Of a DNA stretch of 64,000 nucleotides, positions 24,323 to 37,400 are shown one piece after another. The DNA comes from Owenia fusiformis (lineage: Eukaryota), in assembly GCA_903813345.2 (NCBI GenBank), contig CAIIXF020000001.1, positions 2,046,001 through 2,110,000 of the forward strand, written 5' to 3'. Position numbers and translations under genes: made by a program. Numbering within the stretch: position 1 is the stretch's first letter; the number at the start of each line of letters is the position of its first letter. The notes below the pieces were generated by a model. It made no database searches, was not told where the DNA came from, and was given only the letters and a program-made list of their open reading frames with translations.

Positions 24323-26978
24323 GCTTCCTTTACACTCGTTTGACCCCATTTATTAGAAACGTTCATATTAATCCATGCCTTTGCTTCCTTTACACTTGTT
24401 TGACCCCATTTGTTAGAAACGTTCATATTAATCTATGCCTTTGCTTCCTTTACACTCGTTTGACCCCATTTGTTAGAAACGTTCATATTAATCCATGCCT
24501 TTGCTTCCTTTACACTTGTTTGACCCCATTTGTTAGAAACGTTCATATTAATCCATGCCTTTGCTTCCTTTACACTTGTTTGACCCCATTTATTAGAAAC
24601 GTTCATATTAATCTATGCCTTTGCTTCCTTTACACTTGTTTGACCCCATTTGTTAGAAACGTTCATATTAATCCATGACTTTGCTTCCTTTACACTTGTT
24701 TGACCCCATTTGTTATAAACGTTCATATTAATCTATGCCTTTGCTTCCTTTACATTTGTATGACCCCATTTATTAGAAACGTTCATATTAATCCATGCCT
24801 TTGCTTCCTTTACACTTGTTTGACCCCATTTGTTAGAAACGTTCATATTAATCTATGCCTTTGCTTCCTTTACATTTGTATGACCCCATTTGTTAGAAAC
24901 GTTCATATTAATCCATGCCTTTGCTTCCTTTACACTCGTTTGACCCCATTTGTTAGAAACGTTCATATTAATCTATGCCTTTGCTTCCTTTACACTTGTT
25001 TGACCCCATTTGTTAGAAACGTTCATATTAATCTATGCCTTTGCTTCCTTTACACTTGTTTGACCCCATTTATTAGAAACGTTCATATTAATCCATGCCT
25101 TTGCTTCCTTTACACTTGTTTGACCCCATTTGTTAGAAACGTTCATATTAATCCATGACTTTGCTTCCTTTACACTTGTTTGACCCCATTTGTTAGAAAC
25201 GTTCATATTAATCTATGCCTTTGCTTCCTTTACACTTGTTTGACCCCATTTGTTAGAAACGTTCATATTAATCCATGACTTTGCTTCCTTTACACTTGTT
25301 TGACCCCATTTGTTAGAAACATTCATATTAATCTATGCCTTTGCTTCCTTTACACTTGTTTGACCCCATTTGTTAGAAACGTTCATATTAATCTATGCCT
25401 TTGCTTCCTTTACACTTGTTTGACCCCATTTGTTAGAAACGTTCATATTAATCTATGCCTTTGCTTCCTTTACACTTGTTTGACCCCATTTGTTAGAAAC
25501 GTTCATATTAATCCATGACTTTGCTTCCTTTACACTTGTTTGACCCCATTTGTTAGAAACGTTCATTGTTAGAAACGTTCATATTAATCCATGACTTTGC
25601 TTCCTTTACACTTGTTTGACCCCATTTGTTAGAAACGTTCATATTAATCCATGACTTTGCTTCCTTTACACTTGTTTGACCCCATTTGTTAGAAACGTTC
25701 ATATTAATCCATGACTTTGCTTCCTTTACACTTGTTTGACCCCATTTGTTAGAAACGTTCATATTAATCTATGCCTTTGCTTCCTTTACATTTGTATGAC
25801 CCCATTTATTAGAAACGTTCATATTAATCCATGCCTTTGCTTCCTTTACACTTGTTTGACCCCATTTGTTAGAAATGTTCATATTAATCCATGCCTTTGC
25901 TTCCTTTACACTTGTTTGACCCCATTTGTTAGAAACGTTCATATTAATCTATGCCTTTGCTTCCTTTACATTTGTATGACCCCATTTGTTAGAAACGTTC
26001 ATATTAATCTATGCCTTTGCTTCCTTTACACTTGTTTGACCCCATTTGTTAGAAACGTTCATATTAATCCATGCCTTTGCTTCCTTTACACTTGTTTGAC
26101 CCCATTTGTTAGAAACGTTCATATTAATCCATGCCTTTGCTTCCTTTACACTTGTTTGACCCCATTTATTAGAAACGTTCATATTAATCCATGACTTTGC
26201 TTCCTTTACACTTGTTTGACCCCATTTGTTAGAAACGTTCATATTAATCCATGCCTTTGCTTCCTTTACACTTGTTTGACCCCATTTGTTAGAAACGTTC
26301 ATATTAATCTATGCTTTTGCTTCCTTTACACTCGTTTGACCCCATTTGTTAGAAACGTTCATATTAATCTATGCCTTTGCTTCCTTTACACTCGTTTGAC
26401 CCCATTTGTTAGAAACGTTCATATTAATCTATGCCTTTGCTTCCTTTACACTCGTTTGACCCCATTTGTTAGAAACGTTCATATTAATCTATGCCTTTGC
26501 TTCCTTTACACTCGTTTGACCCCATTTGTTAGAAACGTTCATATTAATCTATGCCTTTGCTTCCTTTACACTTGTTTGACCCCATTTGTTAGAAACGTTC
26601 ATATTAATCTATGCCTTTGCTTCCTTTACACTTGTTTGACCCCATTTGTTAGAAACGTTCATATTAATCTATGCCTTTGCTTCCTTTACACTTGTTTGAC
26701 CCCATTTATTAGAAACGTTCATATTAATCCATGACTTTGCTTCCTTTACACTTGTTTGACCCCATTTGTTAGAAACGTTCATATTAATCTATGCCTTTGC
26801 TTCCTTTACACTCGTTTGACCCCATTTGTTAGAAACGTTCATATTAATCTATGCCTTTGCTTCCTTTACACTCGTTTGACCCCATTTGTTAGAAACGTTC
26901 ATATTAATCCATGCCTTTGCTTCCTTTTCACTTGTTTGACCCCATTGTTAGAAACGTTCATATTAATCAATGCCTTTG
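24323..26978. repeat. 60-bp satellite array, about 44 copies
   Basis: Unit GCTTCCTTTACACTTGTTTGACCCCATTTGTTAGAAACGTTCATATTAATC(C/T)ATGCCTTT, with one 16-bp slippage at 25567-25582. Confidence 0.97.
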
Positions 26979-27648
26979 CCATTGGTATAGCCAGACACAT
27001 GGTTGGCCTAAATATTAATTCAGATAATTTTTCACTTGGAACTTTGAATTTGAGGTTCTATGATTGCATTTTCCCGTCCTTAATGGTTTGCCTCATCTGT
27101 TCCAAGATCTGGCTTAACGCCTCTGAAACTTTAAAACGATTCAACCAAGTACAAGAGTGATGCAAGTAATGTATAAAGAAGGGTGTTAAATATTGGGGAT
27201 AGCCTATATTTTAATATTATACAGTCCTGGGGCAAGCCATTCATTCAAATATCTTGTATTGCCCAAACTCAAAATCTTTTATCTGATATAGATACAATGT
27301 ATCGTTTGTGATATCAACAAAAGAATTATGTAATAGATTCATATATGATATTACAGACACACTTAATAGATTAGAAACAAATAATGAAATAATGAAGAAC
27401 AGAACTCAACTTTATTAAATATTCATATGCACTGTGTCAGGTTGGAACTACTGTAAACTGGGTTGGTTTGGCGCTGTTTGATTTAGTGCTTTCATATTAT
27501 GAAAATTGGCAAATATTAGATTTCTTGTATTTCTTGTTAAAGTACCATGGAATAATCTGGAATTAAATTTTGAATGTGAATTTAATCAATATAAACTAGA
27601 AATAGCAAGGAAAGGCTTAAAATTCTGTCAAATCAAAAATTACCAATA

Positions 27649-28081
27649 CTGTACGCCCGGTATTATTCGCGAGCTTTAATTTCGCGAATTTTGCGAAAAC
27701 ACGGTTTCGCGGCTATTAAATTTCGCGAATTTCACAAGTTTGAAATTCATTATTCTCGGAATTCTCAAGCTAAATTACTAGTCTGCTAGTAGATGTACAG
27801 TAATTGCACTTACCTGATGTCATAGTTGGATCAGATTTACAATAACTGGGATCTTTATCATCGGCAAGCTGCATATCAACTTCTATTATCGCATCGTTAA
27901 TTTCGGTCTTATTTTAAAACGAAAAAGCAGTTTGAATTCGTATTTTGTATTACTAGTAGTTATTCGAATTTTGTACTCACAACATTTAATTGGCAATTTC
28001 GCGACGATAATTTTTCGCGATTTTAACACCATCGCGAAAAGCGCGAAAGTTAATCGCACGCGAATAATACCGGGCGTACAG
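27649..28081. mobile_element. MITE with TA TSD and TTCGCG-rich subterminal repeats
   Basis: TA|CTGTACGCCCGGTATTATTCGCG ... CGCGAATAATACCGGGCGTACAG|TA. A degenerate relative lies at about 34035-34440. Confidence 0.85.
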
Positions 28082-28276
28082 TATGTCAAATATAATTCAA
28101 AATTTGATCAATTATTAATGGTTTTTATGTTAACTACATTAGCATGATTGGTCAGTGTCCAATATTGAGCACCTCATATGTGTATCACCATTTGTTGGGA
28201 GAACATCAGAATTCATCCAGTAATTCAAGGTACATGAGCTGTGTATATTTTAAGAAATACAATACCAAATTAAAAG

Positions 28277-30537
28277 ATGGATAATTTAGCGACATTTACT
28301 TTATTTTTTCTTCAAATCTTATTGAAGTATGTTCAATGTGACCAGTTGACTCTGGGATATTTTTCTCCACAAATGATCAATATGAAGCTGGATGATATCC
28401 CTGATGCAACGATAGAGAACACTGGCAACTTGGAGTGTCTGCAAATGTGTGTCCGAGCCAAGACATGTAAGGCTTTTAATTACCATGGTGATTCCTCAAA
28501 ATGTCAATTATTTGACAAGGTGGCTTGCACAAAAATTTACACATCAACTGGATGGAGATTCAGTCGGATCAAACCAGGTAAGGTTCTTTTGTTGCTGTTG
28601 CATTGAATTTTGATGTCACAGCCAAAACGAGGTGATATTTTGTTAAAGGCAAGTTTTTGTGATAATATGGTGGTTGGCATTGAGTGGTTGGCATTGGGTG
28701 GTTGGCATCTGTTACAAATTGTTAGACTTATTTTTAACCATTTGCAATAATGTACCAGTTAGTGAGGTTTTTTCTATGGCTTGTTCTCTTTATGTTTATG
28801 ATAATCTTAAAATGCAACCAGTTCAATATGAACTACATGGGCAGTTTATCTTGCCACCTATACTATAATGCAATCTATACTCACGCACATATGATTTTAT
28901 GGCATATTTATGAACTTAGCTGAGATCTGATCAACATCTGTAAAAAATCATCAACTGGCCACTTTGTTGGAAGTGAATTTTTCTTATTGGGTACATTTTG
29001 ATAGAAGATCTTCTGACATCATGACACATTTTGCATGAAATAAAATTACAGTAAACCTGTATATCCGAACACCTCTCTTATCCAAACACCTCTCTTATCC
29101 AAATACCTCTCTTATCCGAACACTTTTCAATGAGAATACTTTCTTGGTCCTAAATTTGTTTCCCATTGACTCGCCTATTAAGAAAAACTTTTGGCCGGTC
29201 ATAGACTCCTAGTGGTGTTTGGATGTGACAGGTTTTACTGTAATACCAAAAATGCTAGTGAGCAGTGATGTGAATATTACCCCATATTACATGATTAGGA
29301 GTGTCTAAGCATTTTGATTGGTCAATTGTGATGATGTATATTCTGTATCACATGACACGTGACTAATTTTCATGTGATACGGTGGGCTGTATCACTACAG
29401 AGTCAATAGCAACAATGTGACGTCACTGGTTATATCACTTCCTAGCTAAGGAAAACAATATGGTGTCATACTATTTCACAAAAAAGTACAAATACAACGG
29501 TATAACATCATATTGTTTCAAAGTTAAATCAAAAATTATAATAGTTACCGAGAGTACAGTGAAAGAGTGAAAGAGTACAGGGTACTGAACACAATCCATA
29601 ACTGACCAAATCAAAATGCTTCAAAATTCCTAGACATGACTCTGTGATAAAATCGTCATCACACGTTTCAGCTTATGAGATACAGGAAATATTCCAACCG
29701 GGTAACAATGTATCACCACTCAAGCTTCGCTTTCGTGGATGATACAATATTACCTTTCGTGGAATATTTCCTGTATCACATGCTGGAATGTGTGGTAACT
29801 GATAATAACCTATTACATCGAGTCATCTACATGACAAACTTTATTTCTTATTTTAGACCGCGAAACAATACTTTATAATGGCAATATCGCATTGAGTAAA
29901 ACTACATATCAATCCTCTAAAGTAAGTAATAAGCTTGGGCCAGAACGAGTGGTGGATGGAAATCCCAATTCCTATTCTGGTACTGACTTTGGAGAATCAA
30001 GCTCATGGTGGATTGTCGACCTGGGAGACACATATAAACTTTTCCAGATCATCATCAGTATAAGTAAGATCCATTTGAGATTTAATTTGGCAGGATTCCA
30101 GTATTTGGAAAAACTACATTTTGTTATTTCTAGAGATTCATTAGTGATTGAAGTGTATTTTTTAATATATGTATTGCAATCTTGTATTTTGGTTGGTAAC
30201 AACATTTTTTGAGTTTGTTGAAGATTTTAATTGTAATATGGCAAATAAATGATTCACATTCAATGTTTACTTTAAAGGGAGACCAGGGGCTGAATCAAAT
30301 TATTACAACTATTCCGTAGACGTGGCCTGTGAGTTTGATGGAGTGAAGCCAGACAACACAATCTGGAAATCACGATTTCTATTTGATGATATTCTACAAG
30401 AAATCCCTAGGACCTTTCCATTTTCAGACTCCTCCGTGGGAAGATTCATTAAGATCACTAAAAATGGTGAAAGGCTTAAAATGTATGAAGTTGAAGTATA
30501 TGTTGAGAATGAAGACTGTGGATGTGAACCAGTCTAA
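28277..30537 (+). CDS. Secreted PAN/apple-domain plus F-type lectin (FTP/discoidin-like) protein; exons 28277-28577, 29857-30063, 30278-30537
   Basis: Hydrophobic N-terminus and a PAN Cys pattern ECLQMC...CKAFNY...CQL. The FTP motifs are NIALSK.TYQSS, VVDGN, WWIVDLG, GRFIKI and YEVEVY. Two phase-1 GT-AG introns keep the frame. Confidence 0.8.
29049..29240. mobile_element. Small Tigger/mariner-like MITE from a family dispersed through the window
   Basis: TA|CAGTAAACCTGT...ACAGGTTTTACTG|TA with internal CCGAACACCTCTC repeats. Related pieces lie near 8510-8550, 23595-23753, 55575-55758 and 57214-57375. Confidence 0.65.
29676..29780. repeat. Long hairpin, the end of a Crypton-like non-autonomous repeat
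   Basis: GATACAGGAAATATTCCA ... TGGAATATTTCCTGTATC arms around a GCTTCGC centre. Confidence 0.55.
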
Positions 30538-31449
30538 ACATAAGGATTCATAATAAGGTGGGCTGACTGGATAACACTTGGACCTAGTCATTGGGCAAAA
30601 TTTCATTTTCAGGTGGTTTCTAAAGGTCTAATGGCGAGGCAAGAGGGAGTTTAAGCTTGCAATGTTTTTCACAAACTAAACGTGAACGGAAAATATTTTA
30701 GCGATGCATTCGTCATACGTATAGGTTGGCGTTTTGATTTTATATGCAAGCTTAAACTCCCTAATATGTGAATAAGTGAGTGAGAAGTACAGGGTGTCTC
30801 TGAACACTTTACACAGATTTTGTGTTGTAATTTTAAACAGACTCTATGGACAACCTGTATATGTGATGGAAACAATATACAGGCAACATTTCATTACATG
30901 TATATTCAAAATTATTTATTCAATATCTTATATATTGATATACAGTATTGTAAGTCATAATTCGGGAAAGCCTGTAAGATTTACATAAATGTTATAACAT
31001 ACATGTACTATTGTACTTAATAAGTAGTCACTGTGTTATGTTAGAATACAATACAAAACAATGTGTGTAAATCAGCTAATGTGTATCGATCATTAAAAAA
31101 TCACAAATTTTTAGCATGGTGAGAGACACATTCCACATACATAGACAAACTATATATATACATGTATGTGCATAAATAAAGTGTGATGTAAATGAATTGA
31201 TAAAATTAGACTCCATGGTAACCATCTCCATACAGTTAGGCAACGATGTGTTTCACCATGAATCAATTCAACATGGAAGTACAGAATACACCAACATTTG
31301 AAATAGGATCAATTAAAAGTTTAAACATTTTTTCGCAAACTAAAATGCACAAGTCTCATTCAACATATAATTACATGGAATGCTTATTTAAGTATGAGGA
31401 ATATACTGAATGAAGCTATAGAGGAAAGGAATAGTGTCAGTGGAACACA

Positions 31450-34400
31450 TCACTGCCCCATTGCATTGAGTGGGTCATCAAATATACTAGGAGCATCATT
31501 GTTCATAATGTCTTTGTCTTTCACCGTCTTCTTCTTTGTTTTCTTTGTCTTTGTTTTTGTAGAACTTGCTGCACTTGCAAATATATCATCCACTGAAAAA
31601 ACAGTGAATATTTTGTATTTTCACATTTCAGGTAAGTTCACCATAAAAATTTATTATTCCAAAATGATTTAAATGAAATCAAGATCATACAGACCAGACT
31701 GGGATATACCCTACTGATATGTACTAGTTTAGTTTTTTATCCTTTTTATAAAAGGTTGAACATATTACTTTTGAAACAGAATGGTAAATCTAGCAAGCAT
31801 TGTGAAGGTCATATATAAAATCAGATCAGATATAGATATAAACTTGTTAAAATGGTTTGAAAAAATTGGTCCAATTCAAAGCAAATAAAAATTTGTGATT
31901 TATAACATCTCCATTATTTTACCATATCAAACTACATGTAAATATTCATCTCAACTTCATTCAGTTTCAGACTTTACCATTATGATTGGTTCATGAAACA
32001 AAATGACGGAAATATACCACCTTGAAACTAAAAACCAAAATCTACTTTAATATTACTGTATTACCTGTATCATCAATTGCCGGTTTATCAGTTGCGACAG
32101 TCTTTTTCTTTTTCTTCTTCTCTTTTGGCTTTATGGTAGGAATGTCAGCGAATATGTCTGTGTCGTCTTGGAATAAATCTTCATCTTTTGTGACTGGGTT
32201 TGTTTTCTTTTTCTTCTCCATGGTTGGGGTAGAGTCAAATATATCATCATTCTGAAATAATGTGCAGTAAATTTATGCATTGCTTCAAATGAATCCTGGT
32301 ATACATTATGTAGTTGTATTCACTGATAGACTGGACATCTGAATATGAGAAAACTAAAAAAACAGCAACTCCCGGAGTAGCAAATCCCAATGAACAAAAT
32401 ATATTTTATCAAATTACTCTTTTTAAATATTTCGTGATATAAATAACCATGAAGTAGAAGAGTAGTATTGTTTCCCTTTGGTAAACAAAAATGACACCAT
32501 ATATCACAAATTCCTTCTCTAGCAGAGGTCCTATGCCTGAAGCCTAACAATTTTGAACCAAATCTGATAACTGGTATTTGAGATATCAGATATCATATCA
32601 AGGGTGTCCTCTTAAAAAAGGTGGCCATTTTAAATGTAAAAGTCAGTTTGAAAATTCCTTCTTAAGCAGAGGTCTCATTCATGTAAGACATTAGCCTATA
32701 AAATTTGGACATATCCTATACCGGTATCTCAGATATCAAAAATTACATTTTTCATGGAAATGGTGAAATGTTGACTGTCAACAATGAATATTAACCCTTA
32801 AACGGTGTTATGCCATCAATGTTTTTTACATTTTATTTATTGCATAAAAATGCAGAAATTAAAAATGATGAGAAGTAGAAAGATACATTTGCGAAGATGC
32901 ATAGCAAACAGTTCAATAATTTAGATGAGCAATAAATACTTACAATGGGTTTTACAAATGATATGTACATATGGAGACGAGAAGGAAAATACATTCAAAC
33001 AATGTATTCTAATAAATCACCTCGTATATAAATATTATGAAACAAAATCGATAGATTAAAGAACATCATCTTTGCAGGACTTCACTGCATTTGACCGAAG
33101 AGAGGCGAGTGAATGAAGATGAAAAAGCATACTGTTAAAGGCATACTCTACAAATTGTTAATCTGTACATTTTTGTCCCCATGATAAATGAGGGGTGATA
33201 ATAATTCTCTAAACTCAGATTTTGTTTTTCAATATTCTTAATTGAAATTTTCAAAGTATGTCCAATTAATGGACCAAAATATTCAGTATTGTGTCAATAT
33301 TTTATTGGAAATCATTGCCATAGTAACCAACAAAAATCAAGGAACATGGGGCAAATAAAAAACTTGTGAGGAAGGCCCTATAATAACTTATCTCTTAAGC
33401 TATCATCCGCATTAAAATGTTAAACTATATATGCTGTTAAGTGTTATCTAACAATGGTCATTGAATAGTGTGATGTCACATTTCCTTGTTCTCAATCGAT
33501 AAGGAGCTCCGGGAGGTAAAGCACATCTTTATATCATCACAGTGTAATTGCAAGTATCTGCTTGATGTTAAGCGATTTAATTAATGAGGCATGTAAAGTT
33601 AAAATTTATGTTTTTGGTTCCGAGCAAATTAACTTTAACTGAACACTGTCAACATCTAATCAACACACCTCTTGCTAGAATCATGTATCTGAAAGTATTG
33701 TTAGTAGTATTCCTCATTGGACATGTTCATTCACAGAGAAAAGCTAAGAAGATTGATGCATGCAAGAAAACGCATATTGACAACCTTGATACACGCTTGA
33801 GCACACAGATAAGGGATCTAAAATCTGAAACACAAAATTGCTGCACCACAAATGAAGAACAAATAAATGCAGTAAATGATAAAGTGGAAGAAGTAAATGA
33901 TAAAGTGAAAGAAGTAAATGATAAAGTAGAAGAAGTAAATGATAAAGTTGATGAGATGAAAGCTGATATTGCTCTTATAAAAGATCACTTGAAAAGAATA
34001 CAGATAGTAAAGTCAGGTAAATCTTAGATTCATTTAATTTCGCGAATTTTGAGAAAAACGATTAAGCTAATTTTAAATTCTCATTATTCTCTGAATCCTC
34101 ATGCTCTGTAATAAAAGTTACCTCATATACAGGAAGTGCCCCTACCTAATGTCATCTTTGTCAATGGCACGCTGCACCTTAACCTCTATTAGATGTCATT
34201 TTGGGGGTTTATTTGATCTTATAAGCCACTGTAACAGACATTGTTAATTAGAATGTCATTTATCGCCTGATAACAGTGGACAAACGTCTTATAAAACACG
34301 AAAGGCAATGGAGTCCCAGGTAATGAAAGATTTTGCAAATTCCCGGGGATTTAGTTGACAATTTCGCGAAGATTAATATTCGCGCTTTACCACAATTGCG

Positions 34401-37400
34401 AAAAGCACGAAACTAAATGGCACGCGAAAAATACAGTATCAGATCATCTGAGTGATAACTAGTTGACTTATAAATAGGTTTAAAGGGTTATGTAAAACTT
34501 CCCGTATAAAAACAATATGGCGGGTCCAAACGAGTATGCTGGAACCGCATATTTTTAGGAAATTAGGGGAGATTGGTGAATTCCAGTTTAAGATTAAACA
34601 ATCCATCAAAATCAAACTAATATCATCATAAAATTGATAGGTAATTCAAAATATCATTTTTTCCCATTAAACACAAATAGAAGATCCTAAAACTTCAACA
34701 ATAAAAGGTGAAATTGGTTTGTCAAAATAAAATTTCCCTTGTATAAATTCACACTACCTTACCAAGTGACAATGTTTAAAAGGGATACAGGGTACAGTTA
34801 AGTTGCAAATGGAGGATGTAGGTTTATTTCCATATTTCTGGACGTAAAATACATTTTACATTTATTCCTGGTGTTCTACCAGACACAAAATAGATTCATC
34901 AGGCAGTTTGTAAAATATTGTTAGCTAAAACCCCATATAGGCAAAGATAGAGAATAGTGGGCACAGTAAAGTAAAGATTGAAGGTAATACAAGATACATT
35001 TTAGTAAATTCATTAATGTACAGGGAGCGTGTAAGTTTCACTTTGAATATGTTACTTATTTTGACATTAATTAAGGAATAAACTGTTAACTGTTATTTAT
35101 ACTGCATGTCATTGTGTTAGATGTAGATACGTTTTCTAGTTTGTTATTCAACTGTATTTTAAGAAATTAATTGTTTTTATAAAATTTTAAGATGAATAAA
35201 AAGTGCCAGAAATGTGCTTTTTCTTTATTCAAATTCACTGTTACAGTGACCCATACTCACACATAGTTATTTCACCGTTTTTGGCAAGCATTTCCACATG
35301 GCATTTGATATATTCTAATGACGACCCTTGTAAGCATTCGTGCATCAATGTAATACAACGAAACATCCAATGTTATCAAAATGTGATGTGAAACTTTTTG
35401 TTTTAATTTCAAAATATTGATTTTTGAAGGAACTTTTGTTGGAAAAATCTTGAATATATTTAAAACTTAAATTTATAGGTCACACATATTTTTAATAAGC
35501 CATAATTCACACCAATACATAGCATTCATTATCACAGATTTTTATCGAAAATCTTTTAAAAATTGGTTGATAAATAAGCAAGAAATGAACTCATCCATGC
35601 ATAAAATTTTAGTTTTCATAGAAACCAATGGTACTGTTATATTCAAAACATAATATATTCTTTTCAACCTAGTTAGACAATCAAAATGGTTTATTTTGAA
35701 AGCTTAGAATATTTAGAAAAAAAATATATAGAGATTTTTTTTCATTTTTTAAGATTGTTGCACCCTAGGTGACATCATGATGATGTCACTTAGGATGATG
35801 ATGTCACTTTGGGTGCAGAATATTTTAATATGCTAAAACATTTAAGTGTAGTTTTTAATTATGGCTTCAAACATATAGCGTCCTCTAGGATAGTTTAGTT
35901 AGTGCTTTGTAGTTTAGATATGTAGTCTACCATAGTTCTGACTAATGTAATTATGTTATGATACTATATGTCAATAAAAAAGTTATATATCATAAGTGGC
36001 ACATTAGGTACGACATTTTATTATTGAAATAGTGTGTCCTTTGTTCAATCTTTGCAATGGTTTTAAAATGATAATGTGGTTTTCGCTGTATAGTGGAATA
36101 TTTGATGATTAAAAAATTTGAACTTTTTGGATACATGAGAAATAAAAACAAGGCATTAACATGACAAAATGTCACCACCTAGTTGCTCACAATATTATGA
36201 GTTCAAACTTAAGTCAGATTTGAATTTCTGAGAACTTGTAAAGTCAAATTTGAACTTCTGAAAAGATGTAGATGATTTTGAAAAAAAAATTTGGTCAATT
36301 TGAAGCAAGTTGAAAACAGACCTTTTTGACCTTTTTTGACCTTGAGAAGGTCATTAAAGGTCAAATCTAAAGTCAGATTTGAATTTCTGAGAACATGTAG
36401 ATGATTTTGAAAAAAAAATTTAGTCAATTTGAAGCAAGTTGAAAAAAGACCTTTTTGACCTTTTTTGACCTTGAGAAGGTCATTGAAGGTCAAATGTCAA
36501 ATCTAAAGTCAAATCTAAAGTCATATTTGAATTTCTGAGAACATGTAGATGATTTTGAAAAAAAATTTAGTCAATTTGAAGCAAGATGAAAAAATACCTT
36601 TTTGACCTTTTTGACATTGAGAAGGTCATTGAAGGTCAAATGTCAAATCTAAAGTCAGATTTGAGTTTCTGAGAACATGTAGATGATTTTGAAAAAAAAA
36701 TTTAGTCAATTTGAAGCAAGTTGAAAAAAGACCTTTTTGACCTTTTTTGACTTTGAGAAGGTCATTGAAGGTCAAATGTCAAATCTTAAGTCAGATTTGA
36801 ATTTCTGAGAACATGTAGATGATTTTGAAAAAAAATTTAGTCAATTTGAAGCAAGATGAAAAAAGACCTTTTTGACCTTTTTTGACTTTGAGAAGGTCAT
36901 TGAAGGTCAAATGTCAAATCTTAAGTCAAATCTAAAGTCAGATTTGAATTTCTGAGAACACGTAGATGATTTTGAAAATTTTTTTTAGTCAATTTGAAGC
37001 AAGTTGAAAACAGACCTTTTTGACCTTTTTTGACCTTGAGAAGGTCATTGAAGGTCAAATGTCAAATCTTAAGTCAAATCTTAAGTCAGATTTGAATTTC
37101 TGAGAACACGTAGATGATTTTGAAAAAAATTTTTAGTCAATTTGAAGCAAGTTGAAAACAGACCTTTTTGACCTTTTTTGACCTTGAGAAGGTCATTGAA
37201 GGTCAAATGTCAAATCTAAAGTCAGATTTGAAGGTCAAATGTCAAATGTAAAGTCAGATTTGAATTTCTGAGAACATGTAGATGATTTTGAAAAAAAATT
37301 TAGTCAATGTGAAGCAAGTTGAAAAAAGACCTTTTTGACCTTGAGAAGGTCATTGAAGGTCAAATGTCAAATCTAAAGTCAGATTTGAACTTCTGAGAAC

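Noticed and set aside
24244..27160. Repetitive ORFs (TPFVRNVHINLCLCFLY...) or a possible CRISPR array
   Set aside because: These are translations of a 60-bp satellite. Units abut with no unique spacers, there are no cas genes, and the context is eukaryotic.
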